A DNA stretch of 64,000 bases from Meyerozyma guilliermondii (taxonomy: Eukaryota): positions 434,001-498,000 of the forward strand of contig CP128818.1 of assembly GCA_051546255.1 (NCBI GenBank), given 5' to 3'. The translations under genes were made by a program, and so were the position numbers. The number at the start of each line of letters is the position of its first letter. The stretch's first letter is position 1. Below, piece after piece: positions 20,001-31,500 of this stretch. Below the pieces are notes generated by a model, which was given only the letters and a program-made list of their open reading frames with translations, searched no databases and was not told where the DNA came from.

Positions 20001-21794
20001 CTAATGGTTATTAGTGAAGAGTATCTTTTCCTGCTTTTTCTTCAGTTTAACCTTTCTCTTGTCTAGTATTTCTATTCCTGAGTTGTCCAACGGTTCGGGC
20101 GACTTCGAGTTCAATGCTGGGCCCCAAGAACTGGAATTGGTTGCAGGAGCGGGATTTACTCGTGGAAACACTTTCTTCGTAGTTTTCTTTTCAAGTGCTG
20201 GAAACCGAGGGTCCGCCAAGTTCAGCGAACTGGAAGAATGTCTTGTAAGTGGCTCTTTGTTTTCCGAAGCTAACGCTGTAGAAGATGCAGTACGTCTGTT
20301 GTCGAGATAAGTTGGTTTGAAATTCTTGTTCACAGTTGAAGGCGAGCTCAGGATCACCGTAGTAACTTTGGTAGGTTTCTTGAGTGTAGTATATCTGATA
20401 GGCTGAGCTGCCGAGCCGGAAGCATTCTTCTTCTTGGGTTTGGGGAGAACGGGAAAACTTTCTTGGCTAGAAGCAGCTGAGTTTTGTAAAGTATTCCAGC
20501 CATGAATAGAACCAGTAAATGCATTTTTCAGTCCACTCAAAACAGGAAACTGGTCTTCTTTGTTGTGTGTAACTTGCACGTCGTACACCACCATAAGAGC
20601 CTTGTGCTTGTCTGAACCTTTGGGAAAGAGTTCTGCAAGTTCGTACAAAATAAGTCCTACTTCGTTTTTCTGTTGCAGCTTGAAGAGCTCTTTAAATGTT
20701 TCTTGTAGCTGTTGAGCCGTGACTTTCAGGGATCTGTAATCCGCACAAAGACGCTTGAATTCTTGCATTTTAGATGTGTCGTAGTTGACATAGTGCTTAA
20801 CTCGTTCGTCTAATCGCTTCTTTTTCAAGTCGTGGTTTTCGTGCTGGTTACTATCGTTGTGACGTTCAGAAGTAGCTGGAGTGTAAGTCGAGAGATGAGA
20901 TTGGAAATGAGGTCCAGTGGCTCCAATGACAAACCTAGACCCATTTGTAAGTCCGCCGTGCTCTTTGAGCATGTGAGCAGTCAAGTCTAAGTCTTCTCTG
21001 AACACCACAAATCGCTTCTCGATACACGACGGAACAGAACACACATAATGTGCCTGGCGAAAGTGCTCGTAAAGGGAATCGTAGTTTTTGTAGTAGCTAG
21101 CATTCTTGGCATCATGCTGGTCGCAGATGTAGCACCGCTCATGCTTATCTCGAATATGAACGTTGAGTTCATCTTCCGAGTAAAACCTGTTGCCTCTGCA
21201 ATATTTACATTCTGGATGACCATCGAAGCCCTTGCTGTCTCCCTCGGTCTGGTGTCTCTGGAGCTGTTTGTGGGTGTAAAGTGGAAGTTCACTTGCAAAT
21301 GCTTTTTTATTCTTGGAGCAAATCATGCAATAGAATTTGTTGTGTTCGGTCTTTACGTGGTCTGCAAGGTCCTTGAATGATTTCATGCTCTCGTGAGATT
21401 TGTCTAATGGACACTTAAACTCCAAAAGTCCCAATGTGTCGTTTTGAACCGTTACCGATGTGAAGCTAATACCATAGTCTGTGTTGGTTTCGTAAATGTC
21501 ACTTTTATTGAAACTTTCGTAGGACTTTTCGATCTGATCTGTGAATATGTTGTTCTCGTTATCCGTACGACACACTAGGCACAACTTTCGCCCGTAGAGA
21601 GCCCGTTGTCGTAAACCACAGTAGTGACAAGTCGTATGATGGCATGGTGAAACTGCCGCAAAAACAATTTTTTCCGTACAAATGATACACAGCGAGTCTT
21701 CTGGGTCATTGTCAGGCTCAACACCAGTCTTTTTGTTGGTCCGGGAACCTCCGGATGTCCTGGTTCTTCCCACACGAGTTCGTGCTGTCGACAT
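20001..21794 (-). CDS. HEL2: RING E3 ligase Hel2/ZNF598 (ribosome collision sensor)
   Basis: N-terminal RING CIIC...PCHHTTCHYC...CLVC, C2H2-like fingers (GHPEC, HERCYIC) and repeated FPxL motifs. Confidence 0.9.
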   Translation of the reverse strand: MSTARTRVGRTRTSGGSRTNKKTGVEPDNDPEDSLCIICTEKIVFAAVSPCHHTTCHYCGLRQRALYGRKLCLVCRTDNENNIFTDQIEKSYESFNKSDIYETNTDYGISFTSVTVQNDTLGLLEFKCPLDKSHESMKSFKDLADHVKTEHNKFYCMICSKNKKAFASELPLYTHKQLQRHQTEGDSKGFDGHPECKYCRGNRFYSEDELNVHIRDKHERCYICDQHDAKNASYYKNYDSLYEHFRQAHYVCSVPSCIEKRFVVFREDLDLTAHMLKEHGGLTNGSRFVIGATGPHFQSHLSTYTPATSERHNDSNQHENHDLKKKRLDERVKHYVNYDTSKMQEFKRLCADYRSLKVTAQQLQETFKELFKLQQKNEVGLILYELAELFPKGSDKHKALMVVYDVQVTHNKEDQFPVLSGLKNAFTGSIHGWNTLQNSAASSQESFPVLPKPKKKNASGSAAQPIRYTTLKKPTKVTTVILSSPSTVNKNFKPTYLDNRRTASSTALASENKEPLTRHSSSSLNLADPRFPALEKKTTKKVFPRVNPAPATNSSSWGPALNSKSPEPLDNSGIEILDKRKVKLKKKQEKILFTNNH

Positions 21795-21844
21795 GACAAT
21801 TGGTTTAAGTTTGAATTTTCACGTCGCGAACTTTTTCTTTACCC

Positions 21845-22480
21845 ATGCCATTATCACTAAATCTAAGTGCCACCCTAAATGTACTGAGACTTCTCTACCA
21901 GCCCTCGTTGTGCTTGCCCCATGCCGTGGTGCCTACTTTTGACAAGTTGGTGATCCCATTTAGTCTTGGCTATGAAGAAAACCAAGCACAAAACGAAGAA
22001 ACTACAAACAAAAAATCCAATATAAAGGCAGTAGTTCTCGATAAAGACAACTGTTTTGCCAAGGATCAGGACGACAAAGTTTGGCCTGCTTACCAGCAAA
22101 CGTGGAAGTCGCTTGTAGACAATTATCACAAAGACAACATTCTCATCGTCAGCAATTCAGCCGGTACTGATGACGATGTGGATCACCAGCAGGCTAAAAA
22201 GCTTGAAAATGATACTGGGGTCACAGTCCTTCGTCATTCGACCAAAAAACCTGGGTGTCACGAAGAAATAATGGCATATTTTGCAAAGGTGGGTATTACA
22301 GATCCGTCGCAAATTGTAGTTATCGGCGACAGACTTTTCACAGATATGCTCATGGCGAACATGATGGGAGCGTGGGGGATCTGGATCTCCGAGGGAGTAG
22401 AGCTTTCTCAGAAACCGTTTGTTAAGCTCGAAAGATTGTTCTATAGCCGAATGGCGGGATACGGTCCCAAGTCTCCATGA
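21845..22480 (+). CDS. GEP4: Mitochondrial phosphatidylglycerophosphatase (HAD family)
   Basis: VLDKDNC, IVSNSAG, KKPGC and IGDRLFTD. Convergent with TRA1, as in S. cerevisiae. Confidence 0.92.
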   Translation: MPLSLNLSATLNVLRLLYQPSLCLPHAVVPTFDKLVIPFSLGYEENQAQNEETTNKKSNIKAVVLDKDNCFAKDQDDKVWPAYQQTWKSLVDNYHKDNILIVSNSAGTDDDVDHQQAKKLENDTGVTVLRHSTKKPGCHEEIMAYFAKVGITDPSQIVVIGDRLFTDMLMANMMGAWGIWISEGVELSQKPFVKLERLFYSRMAGYGPKSP

Positions 22481-22519
22481 ATCTATGGCAATTCATTTCT
22501 TACATATATTATACATTCA

Positions 22520-25500
22520 TTAAAAGTAGGCCATCCACAACGTATCTGCCGCAGCGAGGTTTCTAGGGTTGACAGCCTGCGATATCAAATCGAGAATATT
22601 TTGTGTGGTGACCGCCTGGTTGTTGCTGGGATGTCCCATAGTCAATACTCTCTTGATCACCAAGTCGACGTTCATTCTGACAATCTCTCTCAACTGTGAA
22701 TCCTGAGGCAAAGACCGTGGTGGATCTTGCTGGTTGCACCACGATATCACCTCGTCTCTGACAAAGAGAGTCAAGTATTGTTCGAGGTCAGATTCTGGCT
22801 CGGTTAATGCTCTGGCAATGGCTAACAAGTATACCGACAAGATACCTTCCATTCCAGTCTCTCCAATCAACTTTTGGATATTTGGCGTCAATCTGAAAGG
22901 AACCATCTCGGCGTTATAGAAGAGTGGTGCTGGACGTCCACCTTGACTACCATCAAGCGAAGCATTCTTGCTGGCTATCTTGCAAGGTAACATGTCTGAA
23001 GTCCACACGTTTCCTGAGCCCTTGTTGACATGAATCTTTTGGGGCTGGCGAGTGTTCACACACATCATATAAGTGCTGAAGATGAACGAAGCATATTGAG
23101 ACGTGAACTGTTTGCGGAACAACCAGAAATCTTCAAATTGAGGATAGAGTTCCATAAAATAGTTCTTGAGAACGGTAGATGGAACAAGCAAAGTCTGAAT
23201 GGCGCTCAAAATCTCCACTCGGATACTCATCAAATCAGGCTTTGGCAAGCGAGGATCATAGGCTGCACGAAGCTTGTCTATGGTGTAGATAAACGGCTCA
23301 TCCCGACTCTTACCGTTGCGACGACAGAAGTCCTCGTACACTTTCTGCATGGTGATATCCTTTACGTCGTCACTAATGATCCGAATATGTGGGGATAATG
23401 GGACAGCCACAGGCACCGTGAACTCGATGTTTCTTCTCCTGGTTTCGACTTTTCGTGAAAGAGTGTCGCTGAATATTCTGAACAATTGGAAGATACTTTC
23501 CTCGCGGCGACAGTGACGAGCAGCAGGGAATTGAACTGCGAAAGCATGAAGACTTCCATCATGACCACGAATCTTCAATCTTTTGTAGCAAGCATTCGTG
23601 CCACGAGCCAAATCGATAGTTGGAAGGAACCGCTCAATCTTGACAAAGTGGGTGTTATTGTCTTTGTTGAGTAGATACTGTCCAGGAACTTCAATTTCCT
23701 CGAACTTTTGATGGTGGAATTCACTCAAGTGAGGGCAAAGATTCTCCAAATTGATTTCAGAAAAGCGACGATCAAGCTTGTCTTCGAGTCTATCACGCCA
23801 CTTTCTCAACTTGATGATATATGTCTCCAAATTTGGCTTGCCAACAACCAAGTCTTTCTCAAACTCAGCTCGAATCTGCTTTGGCAAAACAGTCTCAGCA
23901 AAGCGGGTTATGTTCGCTTCAGTTACCGGAGGAAGCTTGGCATCTTCTCTGGGGTTTCCCAATCGATTGAGGTACTGAACACCATCATTAAGGAGAGCAA
24001 CACCCAATCTGTAAGCATCTTCATCAGCAGTGCATTTGAATCTTTGGTTGATTTGGTCGACCAAAGACTCCAATGAAAGTGTTAACAATGGATAAGCAGT
24101 CTTAAGTATGCCCATGATTTCTTCAACATGTTCCCATGCTTGACGAACAGAGCTTGTAGAATCTGAATCTGACTTATCTTTTTCTCCTTTGACACCATTT
24201 GTATCGTTATTCTCGGAACTCTTTTTATCGTCCTCACTCTTTTCTTCACTTTCCTCTCTCTTTGCATCGGCTTCTTCTTTCTCTCCCTCCTTCTCTTCTT
24301 CCTTGAGTTTTTCTTCAGCAATAGAACTCTTGGTCTGTGGTGAGCTGGACAACCGACCCAAGTTCTTCAGCAGATCGTTGAACTGTCTCAACTTGGCCGC
24401 GAAATCTTCCTTGGTGGTTCGGAGTTGGAAGTGAAGTGCTTGTGGGTAACTCTTTGCAATTCTTATCAAAATTTGCTTCACCAAACGAGCTTCTTTATGA
24501 GACAAAGAAGTAAGCAATTGTGGAATAAACGTAAGCCAGTACCATACTGGAACCTCTCCTCGGAACGTATCAAAGGCTTGAGAGAGAGTTCCAGATGCAT
24601 CATCAAGACTAATAAGCCATAAGATACGAGCAAGTAGCTTCCTCGTCTTACCATTTTTGTATAGACCAGCAGCCTGAAGGTAACAGCTGATAGCGTTGTT
24701 TGCATAAACCATGTCGTGTGAGTTCTCCTTGAATCTCTTATCGTTGAACATACCCCACTCGGCCCACGCTTTTGGTAGGTTGAGGTCTATTTGCACAGAT
24801 GTTGCAAACGCTTTGTTTGCTTCGTCCTTTTGGTTCATTTTATTCAAAAACATTCCCTTCAAGGTGAAAAACTCGGCTTTCTGTTGTGTCGCAAAATAAA
24901 CCAAGTTGGTGTTGCTGATGACATCGAGACCGGTATTCAACTCTCCAGGGTTCTGGTAATGACACTTGACTTGTTCTTTGAGCTTCAAGAAAGCTTCCTG
25001 AATTTCAATGTTTGGAAGCTGATAAATCTTGCTGAGCTGATTGTTGCACACATCGGCCATTCCATGCTTACGAGCAACATGAGCAAACCTGTTGATAACC
25101 CACGCAATCTCGTGGAACCCACGATAAGCATACGAGTTGGCATTGCCTCCTGAGTTGGTCTGTTGAAGTACTGGAATGAAGGGCATGTAGACTTTGTTGA
25201 TAACTTGGAAAGCATGTTGTCTCCAAGTCACAAGATCGTTCCAAATATTGATATCATCCCAAATGTTAGGAAGACGCTCTCTCCAAACTTGAAGTACTCG
25301 CTTGAGTTCTTGCGATTTAATATCCAAATTCTGAGCGTTTGTGGAAACCAAACTGGCATATACCTGACTAGCCTCCATGAACTCCACATATTGCTGAAAA
25401 GTGTGCAAAAGCGGAATGTGAGCATTGGCAAACTTACGTGGAAGCCCATGCCATTTCCGGAGAGCAAGCTGAATGCCTTCATCACATAATTTGGAGAGCT

Positions 25501-28500
25501 CGTCAAGAACATCCTTTTCACCTCTATAGCTCTGTAAGCAGAGGAATGTTTCAAACATTTGTCTTCTTGGAGTTGGAACGTCCATCACACTCTTAACTGT
25601 CTGTTCCAAGGTTTCACGGTCGGTATTCCAATCCGCAACTCGCCAACCACATTCCAATAGCAAATCTGAAAATCCTTCGTGTTTAGCAAGTTCGGTAAGA
25701 ATGTCCCAATGTTGGAGTTTTTCGGCGCAAAGAATCCAGTGGTCTTCCCAAAGAGTGTATTCAGACTCTCCATATGGAAGCACTCCACTTCGAGCTTTGA
25801 TCTGAGCAGCCTCGTAGAGCTGTTGTGCTTTATCCCAAAGACCAATTTGCTCATAGGAAAGCGCTGCCAACGTTTCAGAGTATTTGGCTCTTCTTCTCCA
25901 TAAACCGTAAAACGTATCATCCTCCTTAAGCGCAGCGTATAATTTCGCAAGAGCATCCTGAGTGATCTCATGAACCTCGGGATTCCCATTAACAGTCTGC
26001 TCTTCCATCCGTTCAAGTATATGAATACCTTGAGCCCATGCATCAAAGTTTGATGCTAAGCACTCGATTGCAAATGGAGGAAGCTGAAGTTCTTCACAGC
26101 GGGAGATTCCTTCCAAAAGAGACTGTATCACATTAGGTCTGCTATCCACTTGACGAGTGTGGTAATCTTTTGACAAAAGTATCACTAAGAATCTGGTAAA
26201 ATCAAGGTTCTCAGAACGTGGAATGGACTTGAATGCAATTGGGAAAATTGAAGACCAAACCTTGTGTACAATGTCGCTACTTTGATAGAACATATCAACA
26301 AGCGGTTCCAATAAGTCTTTCGCCGGAACAATAGCTAGCTTGGTTAAAAACTCATTGTGCTTCGAACAGAGCTGGGAAAGTTCATCAGATTCATGTTCAA
26401 CATCCATTTCGCTGTCGTCTGAAACATATGGGAACGAGGTGACAGGTTGAAGCTTATTCTCTCCTTCACCAAGAACAAGTTGTTTCTCGTGATCAAATGA
26501 TCCATAGAGCAACTGAAGAGCTTGATTGAGCCAGTTGTAGTCGGCTAAATACTCCCAGTTTTGTTCCCTAATGATGTAGTAGAGACGTTTACTGACATCC
26601 TTTTCAAGACTATTGTTGAGAATGGACATCAACTTACGCCTGATGGAAACGTCAGCCGACCGAGTTCCAACTAAAAATGGTTGCTCCATTCGTACAGTGA
26701 GGTCAGTACAACTGAAAGTATCGTCTTCGAAAATGTCCACAATTATTTGGTAAAACTCTTTCGAGAGCGTAGGTTCTCCACGAATTTCAAATACCATCAT
26801 CTTGGCCAAGATTGCGGCTTTCTCTTTCGTTGTTGGAAAGAGGTCGGTCTTTGAAAACACCCAACCCTTGACAATCTTGATAATTTTCTCCAAGGTTTCT
26901 TTGTCAAGTGAGCGCTCAATAAGCTGTGCTAAGAGCGACAAGAAAATACGCCGTTGGTCTCCGAGTCCTGAGATCCTCATCAGAGAAAGCTGCAAGATTT
27001 TCTCCAAAAGTTTCGTAGTCATCTTTGCTTCATACTCAAAGTTGGCGTTCTCGCGCGAGGAGTTCTGTGATCCTTGGTGAGTGATGGTGATGTGGTCCTT
27101 GCAAAGTTTGCTGAAAGTTCTCATAATCAGTGGAAGAAGAGAATCAAGAGTTGACGGACGATAGTTCGCTAAAGTCCACGACAAGGTCACACCTGCCGCA
27201 ACGGAAGGCATGTCTCCTAAATCTTCAGCCATGGTGGTGGTCAACAAATTGACAAAATCTTTGACGACGTCATTGTCGTCCTCGCTTTCTTCTGGGCCCT
27301 TCTCTTCATTGATTGCCTGGAGAATGAGTCGTAAGACTCTCTGCAAAACTTCTTGGATATCATGGTTATCCGATTTAATGCACTTCTCTAGCAACTTGTG
27401 AAGATAGGGAAGGTTGGCGACAATCCAATCTGATTTCTTCCACTCCAAAACAACTCCCATAACTTCAAGAGCATTCAAACAGTAACCAAGTAGGTTCGCC
27501 GAATTCAAATCGTTTGAAAGTAAAAACTTCTCGAAAAATCCCAACTTAACTGAAACGTCAGGCCAGAAATCGGGGCTAACCAATTCATACAAAATTCCCA
27601 AAGCCTTTTGACCAAGTTCACTCTCAGATGCTCTTTGAGGACTAATACAGACGTATCTTATAAGGAAAGTAACACATGCTTCCCTTTGTCCAAAAGGAAT
27701 CTGGTAGTCTTCCGCTGTGGTGAACGAGTGAGTTTCATCTTCAGATCCGTTCGCCTCTTCCTCTCCTGACAGAATTTTGGCTCTTCTTTCTCTATCTTTC
27801 TTCTCCCACTTCAAAATGAGTTCTGCTAAATCGATAGCGAGCACTTGGTTCTCAACTGCTGGATTGGCAAGTATTGTAAGTTTGCCCATGGCTGTAATAA
27901 TGTTCGAAATGAAATGTTCACGAGCAACGAAGAAAAGGTCTGGATGGTGCACCACAAATTGGTAAACGTTGAGAACCTGTGTCACGTTGAACCCGTCCTC
28001 AGAGATAACTCTTCTTGGCCACTTGAGTGGTGATTCGTCCATCCTGTCCCGCACGACAGGTGCAAGAATGTCCAATGCTTGTCTAACCAAATGACGAGAA
28101 TCCGTTTGGTGGGTACGTAACAAGGCAACAAACACTTGAGTAGCCAACTTCGAAGGTGTCTCATAAGAACTAATAAAGTACGCGGTAGTCACGTATGCAA
28201 CTTGCTTTGTGATGCTATCTTCCAATTTGATGTAACTCCAACTGAATTTGATGATATCTTTCTTGTAAGGACTAACTTCTTCAGAAGCCCACTTGAGCAA
28301 CACCGCTGTCATTTCCAAAAGCTCAAATCTATAGCTATCCACAGTGCCCAGAGTGACATTACTTGAATCATTCGAACTGCGCCAAATAGTATTGCATAAC
28401 TTCTCGAGCCAGTGAACATTCTTCTTTTCAAAGAAAACAGCCAAAGAACCTGTACGCTCAGCCTCATAGATAAGTATGGCGTTGAAAATCTTATCCATAA

Positions 28501-31500
28501 GAGTAATCTTTGCACGTATATGAGTATCCTCGCTGGCGATGAAGTCAAGACATGTGTTTAAATAGTTGACTCTGTGTTCTGTGTCCGTATTACTGATAAC
28601 GGTGTCGAACACAAAATCTGCAAGCAACGGAGAAAACCGCATTTGGAGTGATGAAAATCGGTTGACTATGGTGAAAAACATTTCTGCTTCATCTTTGTTG
28701 GCTCTCATAAAATTTGCAATAATCTGCTCCAACTTCACTATTGCCTGGTCAACTTGAAAGTGGGTAGGCGAGACCAATGGCGATTGCTTCATGCTTGAGC
28801 TGATCGATTCGGGTAACAGCGAAAGTTTCATGAGAAGTTCTTTTTGGCCCTCGAACCACTCTGTGTCTTTCGAACCGATCGCTTCAACTAACTCAATCAA
28901 GTTTGCAAATTTAACCACTTTAACTTCATTGTCTGTTTCGGCCTCCACATCCTCAATGATAACGTTGAGCTTTTCTTTCGCTACCTTTCTTACATTTCCA
29001 CAAGTATCCATGCCAACAAAATATGCCAACATATTTCCAAGCTTCCGGTTCTTGTAATTCTGCAAGTAGTACTCCAAGCAGTTGTCTGCAAATCGATCCA
29101 AATACTTAGCCACTGGAGTCCTGAAAGGTGATGACTGATGTCTGTCAAGGTGACCTTCCAAGTACTGGAGGGTGTTGATTATTTCCTCCATAAAGGTATA
29201 GGCTTTAGCTGGTAAGAGATGGAAGATGTTGAGAATAGACATAACAATCTGGACTGTGTGGTTATTCTCAAGATCTTCGCCTGCAATCTGTCGAAGAGTA
29301 TTAATTTGAGCCCAAGCCATCAAATGATCGAGGAGCTTGCGGCCAATTTCGACCCTGAAATAGGATATCAAAAGCTCCAACAAGCGTGCAAGAGCCTCCA
29401 AGCCAGAAACAGTCAACTTTTTGTGATCAGATAAATTCATTAACATGGGACGAAGGCCGTTTTGTAGCAATTCCTTTGGTAGTTTGGCATTTTCCTTCAA
29501 GCTTGCTTTCAAGCCTAAGTGAGCAGCATTGATGATCTCCGTAGACTTATTGCAAAGAGCCTTGAAGAACACTCCTAAAATCCGTATCCGAGCTTCAGCC
29601 AAAGAGCCCAACGAGAAGTCTGGCTTCGTCAATGCTAATGAAAGGAACTTGATACATACCACACGAAGTTCAATGAGTTGTCGAGATGTACGATACTCGT
29701 AGAGGCGATGGACATTAGCCAAAGATTCGTCTTCAGCATCGACAAGAGCTAGAGCTTCTAGCAAGAGACGATTGAGCTCCTCATTAAATGTCAAGAATGT
29801 GTCTTCAAGGTTCAAGCAAAAGGTGATGGCATCAATGTTTCCAATTTGCATTGGGAAAGGAAGTGCTCTCAATGGCTTACCAAAAATAGGCGTCAATAAC
29901 AACTGCTTGCAAGGACCCATAATAGTAGCAATAGATATACCTGTTGCGGTAGAAAGAACCTTAAATGCCTCTTGTGAAGTCGCTCTGACTTCAGGGTTTG
30001 CACTGGCAAGGTCATATACCAAAGCACCGATCAAGGTCTGGAATGGTTTTTCCAAAGTAGCTTCCTTTTCTAGTGAGCCGTTGCACCGCTCTAAAACCTT
30101 CAATACCAAATCACGAGCAAGCTCACGTACTTCCGCTGGGGCTGTCTCGGGAGTGTCCCTCAAAACAAAAAAGATTGAGCGAACCATCTCGAACTGCCTT
30201 TTGAAAAACCACTCGGGAGGTATTTCGAGTTCTTCAAACATGGTCTTAAGACCCAAGATGCCTCCGAGTTTTGACGAATAGTACTCATTGTAGCATGCGT
30301 GAGTAAACTTGTAGAACATGGCACGGAAAATAGGCGAATATAAGGCATCTTCTTTGGAGCCAAATATGATGACAGTGGTATCGTACAACTTCTCGACAAC
30401 CTCAATACCCTTTTCTCTTACTGACTTGTCATAGAAGCTCAAAGCGTAATTGAGTGCGCTGAGAAATGCTGAATCGCTGATATACGCCTTCCCTTCGTTG
30501 TCGGTAACGGAAAAAGGTCTATCCTTTTTGATCTTGTCCGTGATAGAAGTATTAAGGTAAATGAAGCAGAAGTGTGTCACAAGTCCATCAATGAGTTCTC
30601 CAGCCTCTTTTTTCACCTCAGGTATCAGGATCGAAAAAAAGAGTATCTCTAGTAACCGCTCAAAAAGCTTCTGCTGCCTGTTTAGTTTATCAGCATCACT
30701 CACATCTGACTCTTCAAGCTCTCTTATTTCGATCTCTTCGGACTTCAATTCATTCACGCTTTTTCTGACAAAAGCGACAAAGTCTGAAGGAATGAGACTT
30801 GGGTCAACAAGTAATTTCAAAATGCTTGAAAGATACTTGAATGCGCTAGCTCGGTAATGACTTTTCAGTCGAGGGTCTTCCAACATCTTGATAGCTGATT
30901 CTACAGCAGGAGTGATGCTTACCGGAACATCCTTCTCGAGGCCGTGAATATCAAACTTGGCCATAATGTCTTGGTTGAGGGGCGATTGGGCCTCAAGCGT
31001 ATTGCAAGGCTTAAAATGTTTGTGGTTTCTTCCGCCAAGCTTACCCAAGATCCGGATCGCAGTGTGGGAGTGGTGATGGTGGTATGGGATAGGTTCCAAA
31101 TGCTTCCAGAGGGCGGCCATTATTTCGTTAATCACGGGCTCTATCATTGGGTCAAAGTATTCTGCAGTGAGGTTATCAACACATAACTCAAAAGTACGCA
31201 ATCCTTGACTAACAAGTTCCTGTGACCCATTGAGAGCATAAACTAACGGTCTAGTCAAGTAGTTCAAATGAGGAACAAGAACTGAAAGTCTGACTGGAAC
31301 TGTCAAACACAACTCCACGTAAATGTCTCTTTCATGGGGTCTGCGTGAATTTGCAATCAACTTGTTGAGACTATCCAAAAGCACAGGCAAGATCGGCATT
31401 ATTTCTTTGTAGAGGCTTTCAAAACGACCACCGCTGATGCTACGGAAAAGTATTCTCACCAAGTAGGAGTAGACTATTGGCTCTTCTGCTTTGCTTGCCA

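Noticed and set aside
11367..21794. GCN2 and HEL2 (plus EAP1, WHI2) as a translational-stress gene cluster
   Set aside because: Interspersed with unrelated genes and no shared specific motif seen; proximity is plausibly chance.
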